Part shown: piece after piece, positions 13,740 through 27,165 of the stretch | How the letters are laid out: every line of letters begins with the position of its first letter | Numbering within the stretch: position 1 is the first letter of the stretch | Assembly: GCA_040954595.2 (NCBI GenBank) | Contig: CM082579.2 | Span: forward strand, 9,661,625-9,725,624 | Reading direction: 5' to 3' | DNA: 64,000 nt | Origin: Balanoglossus misakiensis | Taxonomy: Eukaryota; Animalia; Hemichordata | The notes under the pieces: generated by a model | Seen by the model: only the letters and a program-made list of their open reading frames with translations | What the model was told of the DNA's origin: nothing | Databases searched by the model: none | Translations under genes and position numbers: made by a program

Positions 13740-14700
13740 CTTGAAGATTTCCTTCTTGTAAATGTCTTCTTCGCGTGTGTAATGTACAATAAGACGTGAA
13801 AAACCAAGAAAAGGCCCGAAAAGAAGGCCGCGCGTTACCGCTAAACGACGGTCACAACTCCAATCCCAAGATGGCGGTTTCGCTCTCACGAGTTACTAAA
13901 CGTGAAGCCCTATAATTACCCTTGAGAGCTACGAAAGCTGCCGTTTGATTGGACAATACTGAATGGCATCTCACCACACTGACTGAATGATAGATGTGTT
14001 TTGTTATCAAAGTGATGATAGAAATAATCTTTGCTTTTATGATAACAATTATTACAATTGTCAAAACAAAATGAAAACAAAGAACGTCTACATCAGATAG
14101 CTGACACGAACTTCGATCATACTCCTCTTCCACTGCATGTAAAACTGAAAGAGCCAATCAAACAACTCGATACATTAGCCGCATGTACATAACCTACGTC
14201 ATCATGATATTCGTAGAACACATATTTTCAGAAGTACTGAGTAATCCATAGAAAACGTTTGGGAATACCCGAAAATCGAAATGCATCATTGAATAAACGA
14301 TTTTTATATTCTGGTGCTCAGTAGGAGCAATGCAAACATACAATAGTTAGCCAAAAGCAAAATTGTAGCGATCAACATGAGTTAATACAGCAATGCCCGG
14401 ATGACGATGACGTCACCTAATATGTTATGGGACTTCCGTACTGCAGGCTTCTTGGTCCGGTGCAGTGCTCGCTGATAGTGGGAACAGTGGCCTTTATTCG
14501 GCTTCTTTTGTCACCAGTGTAAACAATAACAGTCCACGTCGGGGTACTTCACGTGTACAGTTGGCATCACAGGCCAATCCGGGCAGTGACTCAGCGCAAG
14601 GCCAGACCATCGCCGCGCTATATAAAGTGGGGCCATCCGATCGGACAGTGTACTCAGTGAACTCGAGAAACGGAGAAAGTGTTCAACTATAGCAGGCTCT
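13740..14700. promoter_or_regulatory. Divergent PCF11/RAB30 promoter region
   Basis: Head-to-head genes. YY1 motif CAAGATGGCGG 13867-13877, CRE TGACGTCA 14408-14415, E-box CACGTG 14550-14555, CCAAT 14574-14578, TGACTCAGC 14587-14595, TATATAAA 14619-14626. Confidence 0.65.
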
Positions 14701-14955
14701 CAGTAAATGATTGCGCATTCTGTGAGCATTTACTTAAATAATTTTTCTCTGTTATATTTCATCACATTTTTGCAGGTAACAGTGTTTCAGGAATCATTTC
14801 TTTATTTTTTATCCCATCATTTCCATTTGTAGATTATTATCACTATTTTGTTATTTTCAGGTTTGTTATGTTTTGGAGAATGCGTTTCCATTTCGTTTGC
14901 TGTTTCTTTCAGGAGTTCACTTCAAGAAATATATTTGGGACAAGTCACTTCAGCG

Positions 14956-17271
14956 ATGGAAGATTACAAGTACCTGTTCAAAGTTGTCCTCATCGGCAAT
15001 GCAGGCGTTGGTAAGACCTGCCTTGTGCGAAGATTCACACAGGTAATAAGCTATGATGTTGTACTATTGTATCATTTTACCTGTTACATAATATTGATGG
15101 AGGAGGTTGCAGCAAGGCAAGCTTTCTCCTCTACCGAACAAACATCAAATAGAGCTGGAAACATTTTAAAACAAGTTAAACATTTAATTTGTTTAATAAT
15201 GAAATATTTTTCACCACTTTTCAATAAAAAAATCAGTAACATAAAAGAGATTTAAAGTATCTGAGATTGAGTGACACGTGATAACCCCCCCCCCTCCCAT
15301 GGGGTGGAGATTCACTGTCACTAGTGTCAGGTAAGTTGATAATTTTGTGGAGGATGGGGAGTACTATAGAATACAGATGTAGAAGTTGGTCAGGTTTGGA
15401 CTACCTGTCCTCGGATGATGTGTAAAACATTAGTGACTGGTTGAATTCTATCTCGTTTGTCATTCCATTTATGAAACTTTTTTTAATCTCTATATAGGGG
15501 CTGTTTCCCCCTGGTCAAGGTGCTACAATCGGTGTTGATTTCATGATAAAGACTGTACAGATAGGCAACAATCCAGTCAAAGTAAGTTGCTCTCACTCTG
15601 GATGCATTACAAACTGCACAACAGATAATGCCTGCAGTTTTGAAAAACACTTACAAGTACAAGTGTTTTACTTCTAGTATTTCAGTGTCTTACAACTTAT
15701 TTATGAAATGGGCCACCAAGGTGATCTGTGATGTTTCTTAAATACATTTCTTTTATAAATGACAATAATATCTTATCACGTCATGAGTTCCACAAGCTTT
15801 AAGGGACTGGTCAATATTTCTTTGGGGGGGGGGGGGGGTTCAACCCGATTGTGAAAACCAGCTCAGAGAGACATCTTCAGGTGTGCAGTTGATAGTTTTG
15901 AGAATGATATAGAAATGTGTTTAAAATGTCAAAACGAGAGCAAGACTTCGCCATATCAAAAAAATTGACAACAGTTGTGAATTTAACAGTTACAGATATG
16001 GGACACAGCTGGACAGGAACGGTTTAGGTCCATCACTCAGAGTTACTACCACAGTGCCGACGCCTTGGTTGTGGTCTATGATGTCACTTCTCACGAGAGT
16101 TTCAGATGCCTCCCGGACTGGCTCGAAGAAATCAAACTCTACGGTAGAAAAGTAGTCATAACCGTCCTTGTAGGTGAGTGTTAATCGTCTGAATTTTGTT
16201 GATATGGCCCTGCTTTAGTGGGGAACTGATTTGTCTCTGCTAAAATGGCTGGGTAGCGTAGATTGATCAGACTGTAGCTGGATGGTGTCTTTTCATGTAG
16301 ATAGGTAAGATAGGCATCTTCACAGAGTGAGGTATAATACAGTTATCAAATGCCAGCATGATACTGCTTAGCTCTATTAATATCTGTTATGTTTTGCTTT
16401 TGCCTGTGAATGGAAACGAAAATTGATTAATTGCAGTATCGAGTTAAAATTACAAATTGAACATCGATAATGATGTTTAAAGGATCAGACCATGAGTTTT
16501 CCAATCATGAGTCAAGGACAGCGTGTAGTTCTTGATTATCATGTCTGATTAGATGTTGAAAGTGCAACGTTACCTTGACCAGCACTGAGCAGCAGTTATA
16601 AAACTGAAGCAGTGATTAGATAGTCATCTGTTGATATGTCATATGTTCAAGGGGAATACCAATTTATAAATATTTGTATTCGATGGCTTGGTGTGTTCAG
16701 GCTAGGTAGAAAATGCTGGTCACATACTCGAGTGATTTCTGCTGTTTTATTATACGGCCATCAAACACCCCCAGTGTTTTACAGTCCATTCAAGCCTTTG
16801 AGATGTGTGACTGTGTTCAGCTGAAATTATTGCTTATTTCATGGGTATAATGTAATATCCCAGGGATTTTCATGTGCTGTCAATTTGCGATTATCAGAAT
16901 AAGTTGTGTGCATCAGTATTTGTGGTTCAATTAATTTTTGTCCACCAGGTATAATCTCAACCACTCAAAAACTCCAGCGAATGTTGTCACATCATTGCAT
17001 GTGTTCATATTTCTCAGGCAACAAAACCGATCTGGTGCAAGACAGGGAAGTCAGCGTTCAGCAGGGTACCACGTTTGCAGAGACTCACCAGATGCGATTC
17101 CTGGAGACGTCGGCCAAAGAGGCGGACAACGTCGACAAGCTCTTCCTCGACGTTGCCAAGCAGCTGACGGAGAAAGTGGAGACGTCGGAGATGGAAACTG
17201 CCAAAGACAGCGTGACCATATGTAGCGACAATCACACAGTGTCGGCTACCTATAACTGTTGCAAATGGTAA
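14956..17271 (+). CDS. RAB30: Ras-related protein Rab-30 (4 coding exons, ~202 aa)
   Basis: Exons 14956-15042, 15498-15581, 15990-16173, 17018-17271. Translation includes [65 protein letters not shown], GNKTD and ETSAK, and ends in a CC prenylation motif (CCKW). GNAGVGKTC and PPGQGATIG are diagnostic of Rab30. Confidence 0.95.
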
Positions 17272-20200
17272 GAAGTTAGTTTAGAGGTGCACTATCTGCA
17301 ACTTCTGGCTAATTTTTCAGTATTCTCATTCTGTGTATTAACAATGCTGATGGGTAGTGTTAATCCTCTCAACATCGCCCATGGGTGATAATGTTCTTCA
17401 AGTCCTGAGTTGAATGCATTTGTAAACAATAATAAATTGTTGACAGCAGAAATTGGTGTGATGGGCTATTTATATGGAGGACAACACAAAAATATGCGCA
17501 AAGCAAAATTTACTGAAAAATGAGCCTGAAGTTAACGGACAAAGGCCCTTTAAGTTTACAACAGACCATTTGGTATCTCAGACAAGAATGTAGGATGGGT
17601 GATTTCATCAAGCAGATTTTATCATATCATTTTTAGTTCTGGACTGTGAAGATGTAGGAATTATAAAGAGCATGAAAGCCACTAGCTGTCACTGACCCTG
17701 ACATCCCCATTTTCCTGTTTACTTGTCCAAAATCACCTACTCAAAATACTATAGGGTTAAACTTGGGGTATGTAGACTAGGGTTTCAAAGTGATAGTTAA
17801 TATGTCTGCCAAGTTTTTATCACAGATGCAGATTAGTAAACTTTTGTTGTTCCTAATGTGTTATTTACACCCATGAAAAATTTGGTTTCATAAAAAGAAA
17901 ATGTTGAATCATTTTTTTTTCATTCTGCACACCTCTGTGCAAAACTCTGGAGGCTGTTCTTGTCAGACCTCAGCTGGGCATGATGTCAGCATGAGGTCAT
18001 TTGTACTCAGAAAATACCTTGTATTGCATATTTTAGCTCTAATTATGATGCAGTTTGTGTGGTATAGCCTTTGTGGTACTGTGTACTTATTAATTTTAGT
18101 CATCTTTGTAAAGACAGCATAGACCACTTCACAGATAGGGTATCTGCAATGCATGATGGTATAATTTGCATTCAACATGGCAATGAGTACATGGCTAAAG
18201 TCAGGCAATTAGAACACAAACTTTCCCACAACCTCCTGCGTTATTCTATCCGCGAAGTGGTCCATATCTGTAACGTCATGTTTTTATCATTTTTGTTCCC
18301 ATCAAATGTAAAGTTTTGCAGCACTGGCAAATATTTATACACATAATTCAGATTACTAAGTTCTGTTTTATGAAGGAGAGAGCCATCATCTGGAGGGGGC
18401 AATGCTTAAAAAAAAATTACCAACATAAAACTCCTAGTAAAGTTTGCTTTTGGAAGCATTTCTTCCACAATCCCACTCAGATTCAATTGTTTGAGCATGG
18501 ACAGCCGAATAATTTCAGGCAGTTTTCTAGGGACCAGAATATATCAAACAAAGTAAGCATCACATATGGCTGCTGTATCTCAGTGTCCCACTTTAGCATT
18601 CTCCATATGTTTTGTTTTCGATTAGAGTTTTATTTTAACCTATTAAAGCAGGATATAATTATGCCTTGCTAGTGCAATGACCAGTGACATTTCACCCCAT
18701 TCACCAATATGGTTTGGTCCAACTCCATTGCTTTCAATGGCAATGACAGACCTCTCCAAGTGGAAAATGGGATTAAAGGTTTAACATTTTTTTCCATGGC
18801 TTGATCTTGCATGACAACCAAGCTGCTGAGAAGTTTTTATCGCTCTCTCAAAATTGTGTTTGAATAAGATTAGCCATGCAGAAAAAGAAACATTAAATTC
18901 ACACTTAATTTAGGTAAAATAACAAGAGTTTAATTCACAGTCCATAGTTTCCATAATTTCCGCTCGTGGTGTGGGAATTATACTAATGACTGCCCAGGGT
19001 TCAGACAAATCTCTTTTAGCAATTTTAATTTGTAAATGCAGTTAGTAATAAGTACTACCCCTGGTAGTCTGGTTTTATTCTCTTAGAGGTGACCTTGATG
19101 AGCTACAACAGCTTAGTCACATGCCAGGAATCCATGGTATACTCTGACACTACTTAATATTAATTTTACCCAGGACAAGTGCAAATTGATGTATTCCCCA
19201 TGGATAGCAAACACTATATTGCTTCCATTGGGTAGCAATCTGGACAGTTATTTTATGTGTCTGTGGTCAACAAGCTCCTTAAATGCAGTATATAGATTTT
19301 ATTTATCAATTCTGTTAAATATAGTATTTCGTGTTTGTTAGCATAGTGCATTGTGTTTTTCACCCAGTAAAAAGTCAGGAATTTATTATTTTTATACTTT
19401 GTGCAAAAGCTGAAAGTTTAACTCTCAGTAATTTTTGGTCGTCTTTCATAAATACATTGTACCAATAGTCAAGTCTAATGTAATTTCTAAGTTATTAAAA
19501 TGTTTTCACAGTTGCTTGACATATATATTTATATATTTATATTTTATAATTGAAATCATGATTTTTGAAATGTATATTTTTTAATTTTGTATTTGCTACT
19601 GTTTTTACCATCCTTGAGCAAGTATTAATTTTACATTAGCTGAAGTCAAATTTATGTTTTGTTGACTGATAAAAGTTGCTACTCTACGAAATGCCACCAT
19701 GCAAAATTTTGAATCTGATACCAAATTTTCTGAAATTTGCAATTCAAAATGGCCACAATCTCTTGTTAGCTCTATAAAGAAAATTTAATTTGTGATTTTT
19801 ATGAAAGCGATGAACATGCAGACTAGCTTCTTTGTTATCAAAAATACTCCTTGCATACTTTTATATAGCATAGAATTGAAAGGTTTGAGGGACTATCATT
19901 TTTCTGAAAATCTGTCCCCTAGGTACGTGTACTACCTTAAGAGGATGACATCATTGAATTGTTGATGTGTCATCCCTAGCATACACTGATATGACCATGA
20001 TAGTCATGCTGTGATATCACTAACAATTACAGCAGTAAGCTCAGAAACTCAGTGAATTTATACAGTGATGAACAATGACCAACCTGAAAGTAATCAGTAT
20101 GGAAACCATGTTTACTCCATTGAACATTCTTGCTCTCTGCTATCTTTTAATGTGTAAAATCTCTGTGACTAAACCTGGCCCCTAGACACAGCATGGAGCA

Positions 20201-21799
20201 AATATGTTTTCAGACAGGCTGTATCTAATCGTTTCTAGACACTGAGGCTGCTGTGGGTCCCATTTTGGAGCTGTTTCAGTGATTCAGTCTTCAAGGCAAC
20301 AACAAATCCCATCCCTGCTGTAGCATAAAACTGGCAGCAATTTTCAATGAACCAAGCAGTGCATATTCGTTTCATGCACATATCAACAGGTATTTGAAAT
20401 TCAGGTCACTGTGTACCACTGCCAGGTACAATCATTCACCATTGCTGCAATGTCAGACTCCCTCTCCCCCTGTGCAGTGTCCATGGCGACCTCGCCATGG
20501 TTGCCATGGAAACCGGCTGAATTTCAAGTGGTAGTTTGAAGTGATATCACCTGCAGTGATATTTAGATGCCTTCTGAGGGCACTGTTGTGGTTGTTGAAT
20601 ATTAGATGTTTGTAAATGTTGGTCCTGCATGATCTAGATAGTCATGGGGTTCTTCATTGAAATTTCATGATATGCAAATTATGGCATCCTCGCCTGGGAC
20701 AATTTTTAAACGTACAGAATTTATTTGCAGTGATCAAATGGACTTCCTATTGGCACTCAAAAGAGCTGAACGGCTGCAGCTGTTGAAAAAAGTTTCCCCC
20801 ATGCTGTGCCTTGCAGTTACCCACCTAACAATCCCACTTGCAAGGCACAGTCATTGCATATGATAGCTGAATTCATAGCAGTTTTTTATGAATCAGTAAG
20901 AACCTTTTTATCAGCTCATAGCTGACATTTACTGCACCTTTTACAGGGACAACATAGAACGAAAATGCTACTTTTTCATGTTATTGTTTTTTACATTTAA
21001 GTGTTCGAACTTTTAAAAGACAATTTACTGAGAAGCGTATGCTGCATTAATTTGAGATTTAAGTATTTACTAGAAATGTAGTATCATTCTTTGCTCTTTC
21101 TGAAAGCAACTGTTTGATGCAACAAATCTTGCCCTGATGTACCAGTTCACAAGGACCAGTGCTCACTCTTGTCTATTGCATTTACTTGTCATGTGGTTGG
21201 TTTGATCAGCGACCTTCATCTTAGTTTTCACTGTGATTGGTGAAAAATACCCACCTCTTTTTTTAGCTACAGTGCTGATTGTTGGTTTTGATATAAAGAA
21301 ATTGTGTCAACTGCACCTGTGATGGCAAGACCATCAACAAAATGTTCAGAGTACCATTGGAAAACTTAATCAGTATGTGTTTTATGACATATATTCATTG
21401 ATTATAATAGCCATCAGAAAGACCACAGCTTGTGTTGTTGTGGATTGTAGTTGTGTCAATTTTATTCTCATAGGAAATTGTAGGAGAGATTTGTATATCA
21501 ATCATTACACTGTGCAAAAAGCCATTTCAGTTGCACACATTGCCCACAAATTTGAAATATTTGCTGGTATATGAATTCAAACAAACACATAGTCATAGAT
21601 CGCATTTACAAGCTGCATATTTCTTTGTAATATTTTTTATTTACACTTTTAAACAATGGCTTTACAGATATTTATTTTTATTGCTTATAGTACTGTATAA
21701 TTTATCCTGTAAAAAATTAAATTATGAAACATCAACTTCATAAATTTATTGTATGGCCAACAACATTTGGTGCAATTTTTGTACATGTGAATCAAGCAC

Positions 21800-21839
21800 A
21801 ATAAAAGTGGATAATCCTGATATGTTGTGGAGTTTTATT
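21800..21839. terminator. Convergent poly(A) signals (putative RAB30 + and DDIAS -)
   Basis: AATAAA on + at 21800-21805 with upstream TGTA motifs and a downstream GT-rich tract; AATAAA on - at 21839-21834. Confidence 0.45.
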
Positions 21840-22087
21840 ATATTTTAACCTGGTGTTTGTTCAGAGCCAAGGATTGATTTAGCTGCACAGGCTCCATCAT
21901 ATTCTCCACATCAATATTGTAGTTTTGTTTTCATTCCACTCAGTTTCACATACTACAGTGAAAAAATCATGCAAGAAATTTGTAAGTCACTTACAAATCA
22001 ACATAATCATATTGATCAAGTCAGTGTAACCGCCGGTACTGTAATATTATGCACAATGGCCGTTACAAAAATATAGGCTATGTTGAC

Positions 22088-22210
22088 AAGCGGAGTACTG
22101 GGTCCGGTATATTATTACCGTAGCATGCTGTTTGGAGTAGTACAAGAAATTGTATTTGATACACAGAATAACAATACTGGAAACAGAGTCAAAAGTTACA
22201 GCTAATGTCA
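22088..22210 (+). repeat. Dispersed repeat, copy 2, directly after the DDIAS stop codon
   Basis: Matches 9180-9290 in the same orientation. Confidence 0.8.
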
Positions 22211-22212
22211 CT

Positions 22213-25200
22213 TCAATGTCTGGCAAATAACTTCTTGCAAACACCGAAATCTTTTGACGGTGGTCTCTCCAAAGACACGTCACAACTGTTGTCTGGAGAG
22301 AAGAGTTCCTCGCTCTGAATGTAAAACATGTCACCGCCACTGACTGAGAGCTGAGATTTCTCCGAACATTTACTGAGTGGCTGAGTGGAACCGAATAAGT
22401 CGGGAGTACAAGCTGTCCGACTATCCTCAAAATGCGCAGCAAATAAGACGGAACGTCTGTGCCGTGTCCTTCTGACACTCTGCGTACACGGTATGATGTT
22501 GGAATCTCCAAACATACTACCGCTGCTGCGAGAGAACAAATCCGGCGTCTCGTTGAAAGAGCACATTATGCCACTAGTGTGCAAAGTGTTCGGGGTGGAC
22601 GATGTTGGTCTGAATAATGGAACTGTCCTCTTCATGTTCCTCGTACTGGGTGGGATGATGCTATCTGAGAACAAGTCTGGCGTTCCTGTGCATTCAAAGG
22701 CAAACTTGCTGTGCTTCGCGCGTCCAGTGCTGTAGTCACTCTCTTTCATCGCGATGTCCGAACACGAGAAACCCGAATTGCTGCCTTGGGAAAACAAATC
22801 CAGGGTACCCTCCATCTCGTCAAAATCAGACTTTTCCGGGTCTCCCCACAATGACTCCGTAAGTGAACTCTGGAGGCAACTCCCATCTTGTTTCCCGCCA
22901 TCACCGTGGCAACTCCTGTCACTCATCCTGACACATGACCTCAGCTGCCCTGCGTCCGGCAACTGACTGTCGGGTATATACTGCTGGATCTTGGCATCGA
23001 TGCCACTCACCGACTCCACAACATTGAGATTCTCTGCAAATTGGACGATTTTCCTCCTTGATGACTTTCCACCCCTGGAGACTTGTGGTCGGCACAGCGG
23101 TGTACTGCATGGATGATACCTCTTCATGGTCAGCACCCCGCTGGCATTTTGAATTTTACCCTCGTTCTGTCTTTCCCTCCTGGTGTCTGCTGCAGAATCA
23201 CGCACTGAAACGACAGGGCTGAGCGCACAATTCCTGGCTTTCATTGCATTTCTCGACTCAGAGGCTGTTATTTTGTTCTCATCATTGCCATTGGTGGAAT
23301 GGGCCAGCTCTGTTGAACTGCAATGATCGCCACTGTTCAAATTCTCTTTATCATCGTCAGAGTCTAAATCAGCTTGCAGCGGTTTCTCAGCTCCATATTT
23401 ATTCTTAGTTTCATCATACTCTGTCTGTTTAATTTCCACTGTCATGAACCCACAAGCTTCTACTTGTTCCTCATGATTTGAATTTTTTGTCAAACCTTCT
23501 CCGGTGAAACTGCCTTCATGCCTTTTTACTGTCAAATCCTTATTTCCTTCCCCATTCTTTCCTGCTGGCTGGTGATACTCATTTTCAACTTTCTGTAAGA
23601 AAAGATCCAAGTCTTCAGAGTAAGGCAGATCATCACCAAAACTAACTCCAGTTTCATCAATTGATGTTTTGCACACAGGTACAGTAACAACATCGCTGTA
23701 TGCAGATGTACGGTGCCCGTTTTCTATGTTGTTTTTGGAATTGTCTCCATCGACAGGATCACAAATATGTTGTGTCATTTCCAATCCATTAGCCACAGCA
23801 CTTTTTTCACACAGAGTTTCTGAACACAGATGCTGGTCGTCCCTGTGTAGTTGACTGTTTTGCTCATCATGATTAGTTCCTGTGGAGTTTTGTTGATTGT
23901 CTGACGGCAAGAGTTGCAGACTTGTCTTCTCCATCAGAGAAAATCTGAGCTGTTCAAGAGACTCTGACAAGTCTTCTCCACACCCGAGTTGTTCGGCAAC
24001 CTTTTCTGAGTCAAGCTGCATTGTGTCTTTTTCTCGTTCAGAACTGGCGACTTCACTCAGACTTGGAGTGTTCGCATTGCCAGTCTGAATGCATTCAGAT
24101 GCTCTATTGCATATCGTGTCAGAGACAGGATTTTCGACATCCACGCTGTCTGCCCGAGACTGTTCATTTTGTTGGGTTTGTTCTACTTTCGCAAGGAAAG
24201 CGCTGAGATCCTCAGAGTACGGCAAATCCTCTAAATGTATGCTTTGCTCACACTGCCACAGACGCTGTATTGAATCATCTGTCGGTTGACTCAACTCATC
24301 AGTGCCAGTAACACTTGCACTGGTTGAAGCCAAGGTGAGATTTTGTGGAAACTGAAGTTCTGGACCTCCTGTTTCTTTATTATTTTCATCATGACAGTCC
24401 ATTCCGTCTGCTCCTTCTGCTGGCCCTGAAGTTAAACAATCACAGTTGTCTGTGATGCTGACATCTGACGCTAGCAATGTGTGAGTTTGGCGGTGGTTCT
24501 GCAGAATCATATAACTGTCATCATCAGTGTCACAGTCACAGGAAACATCCCCAATGCCAGTATCGCTGCAATCACCTGGGACACAATGGTCAACATCCAT
24601 GTCCAAGTCAAACTCACTCACCAGTTCACCTTCATTGTCTGTGACTTGATCAGTCATATCAAAGTTTGTCCATAATCCCGCTGCTGTGGGTTTTCCGTGC
24701 CTTCCCAAGTTGCCCATCTGTTTTTCCACATGTTCACCCCTATCCTTGGATGACAGGCTGGTTGTCTCAAAGGACAATTTACATTCCAGACTGTCATCAC
24801 ATGCTAGTGAACTCTGACCCCAAAGGGAACAGAACGAAGGGTCACTCTGAGACGTAGATATAATACTGGTACTGGTCCTTGCCATGGTAATACTATCTTT
24901 TGTCAAATAGCCACTTTCACCATCGTTGACCGTTGTCTTATTCGCCAGGTTTCTGCCTGAGGCATCAACACTTTTACTGGTACACTCATTTGCTCCTGAC
25001 ATAGTTGGATGTCCAGTTGCGTCTAATAAGCGACGCAAGCATTCCAATACTGTGGCATTTGCATCATCCACCTTACCGTCCAGCCTGACCATCTGATAGG
25101 CTATGACGGCAATCTTGTCAGGAAATCCATTAGATCCTGTTGTACCAGCTCTTTCGTGTTTCACTATGGCTTCCAGTCGGACAGGTGAGTGGAAGTGTCG

Positions 25201-26246
25201 CTGTGATGCAGTTCTTTTGGCTGACTGGTGGTTACATTTGAAGCCGAAGAGATACACTGACCCGACAAGACACCTTTTCACTGCAGTATACAACAGTTCC
25301 ACAGGTGAGACATCATCATTATCATCATCTGAAATCTTCACCATCATCCTGGAAAGAGATAGATGGAATGCAGACTTGATTATGAGTGGGAGAAACATCT
25401 CCACGATCAGGGCAGACAATCTATGATCATGTACTACACTGTTTGCACGGGAGTATTTGATCAAATTTTAAGTAAAGTTTATCTCAAGTTTTGGAACACG
25501 CATTGCATTTTCAAAACATAGTTCTACCATGCATGCAATGTTCATTCATATATGGCTAGTAGTCACTAGTGATTTGGTTCTACGCATAGTAGAAGTCAGA
25601 AATACCTTTGCAAGCCAGAAGCTGAAATGCCAAAGATGGGCTCCAGACATCTTCCAAAGATTGTCACATCTGAGTTGAAGCCACGGTCTGACACAGAGAG
25701 GTGAAGCCTGTATCTGTAGTTGACTTCGTTTGGAGCATAGTACGATCCACACTTCCTGCACTTGAAACTGTTTCAACCAACAAAACAAAAAATGACATCA
25801 GTTTTCGTCTGCACAATTCAGCATTATAGCTGCAGTATCTCTGAAACTTCCAAAGTCTGTATTTATTTCATTATCTGAACTGAGTGTGTATACATGTGTG
25901 GGCCATCATGATGTAACTGTCTTCAAGTGCCAGTACTAGCAAGCCAGACAAATGTAAAACATGCTGATCAATCCCAAGAGATTACTGGGTGAAGATATCG
26001 GTCCAATAATTTGGACTTAGTCTGATGACCGTTTGTGCACATATTTATTGTTGTGAATATATGCATGCAGTTGCTGCATCACAAACTTTGAAATAAATGA
26101 CTGGAAAATGACATTTCTTCTGACCTTTCCTTTCTTCCTTGTAGTGGAGAAATCTTGCAATAACACACTTCACAGTAGGCATAGTAGAATGTAGTGTCAC
26201 TAACTGCTATGACAGAGGCCAAAATCAATGCCCTGTCTTCACCCAT
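22213..26246 (-). CDS. DDIAS: DNA damage-induced apoptosis suppressor / noxin-like (3 coding exons, ~1139 aa)
   Basis: Exons 26246-26125, 25767-25606, 25348-22213. N-terminal Zn-ribbon OB-fold (LILASVIAVSDTTFYYAYCEVCYCK...FKCRKCG...YRYRLHLSVSD...VTIFGRCLEPIFGISASGL...AVKRCLVG...IAYQMV) followed by a long acidic disordered last exon. Lies next to RAB30, as in vertebrates. Confidence 0.85.
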
Positions 26247-26427
26247 AGAAACTTGATTTCCAGATCTGCCAAATCTTGCGGGTCAGTTTCCACAATAAAA
26301 TACTTGATCTACAGTGCATAGTAGAGTGAAAAAAAATGTTGAGAAAAAAAAGACTGTACATGTCAATATCATGTGTGGTAACATTTGGAGGCTTACCGGT
26401 ACAATGTAGCGAATGAGTGGGCAAGTT

Positions 26428-26487
26428 ATGAGTGAGTGAGTGAGTGAGTGAGTGAGTGAGTGAGTGAGTGAGTGAGTGGGTGAGTGA
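26428..26487. repeat. (GAGT)n microsatellite
   Basis: About 14 tetranucleotide units upstream of the DDIAS ATG exon. Confidence 0.95.
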
Positions 26488-26599
26488 ATCGATGGGGGTG
26501 CGTGTAGTGGTTTTCACCTGTTTTCAGTTGTCATATGTCATTGTTAGTAACTTAGTACATGTACTGTGTGTAAAATGTTCGGGTGTTTACACTAGTGAC

Positions 26600-27165
26600 T
26601 ACATACAGACTACAGTCCGGGATACTTTCAGAACGTGTGTTTCGGGAAACGTAGAGTCTTATACTCATCTTGGGATTTCATTTTCGCTTCTGTTGTTCTG
26701 AAGCATAAACCTGGTTCAAATTTTAGGTACAGTGCGTGCAGCATTTAACTGTAATGACCCGAAGTTCGGATGAGAAATACATTCATAACTACCGCTGCTC
26801 TTCCGTGATGCTGCACTCCAATCAAACTCATTGTAACATAATTGATATGGGCACGAACATTCGCTATGATTGGCTAATAAAATTAAATGCCCTCTAACAC
26901 ACTTGATAAGTATCTGTATGATTATTATATGGTATCTTAGAGGTACTAGATTGTGACATACCCTTTTATGATACACGAATATTTGGAGATAAATATACCA
27001 CTAAGACATTTGTAGACTGTTAATTTGGGTAGAAGGAGTCACATCTCTGAGAAGATACCAATCCATATTACCAATTTTACAGTAATGTTGCGTTGAGGTA
27101 CTTTCATACCACCGTTGGACTGTCGTTCGGGTTTGCAGCAGTTGCCGCAAAACAGGGCGAGGTAA
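26600..27165. promoter_or_regulatory. Bidirectional DDIAS/NARS2 promoter
   Basis: The ATGs are 920 bp apart, head to head. CHR-like TTTGAA on - at 26720-26715; CCAAT boxes at 26818-26822 and 26869-26873. Confidence 0.55.

Noticed and set aside
17272-22087. Hidden gene or RNA gene between RAB30 and DDIAS
   Set aside because: Only AT-rich UTR-like sequence and decayed repeats; no tRNA, rRNA or snRNA signature seen.
25349-25464. N-terminal extension of the 1083-aa ORF
   Set aside because: The strong acceptor tctctttccag at 25349 and DDIAS homology place the exon start at 25348.
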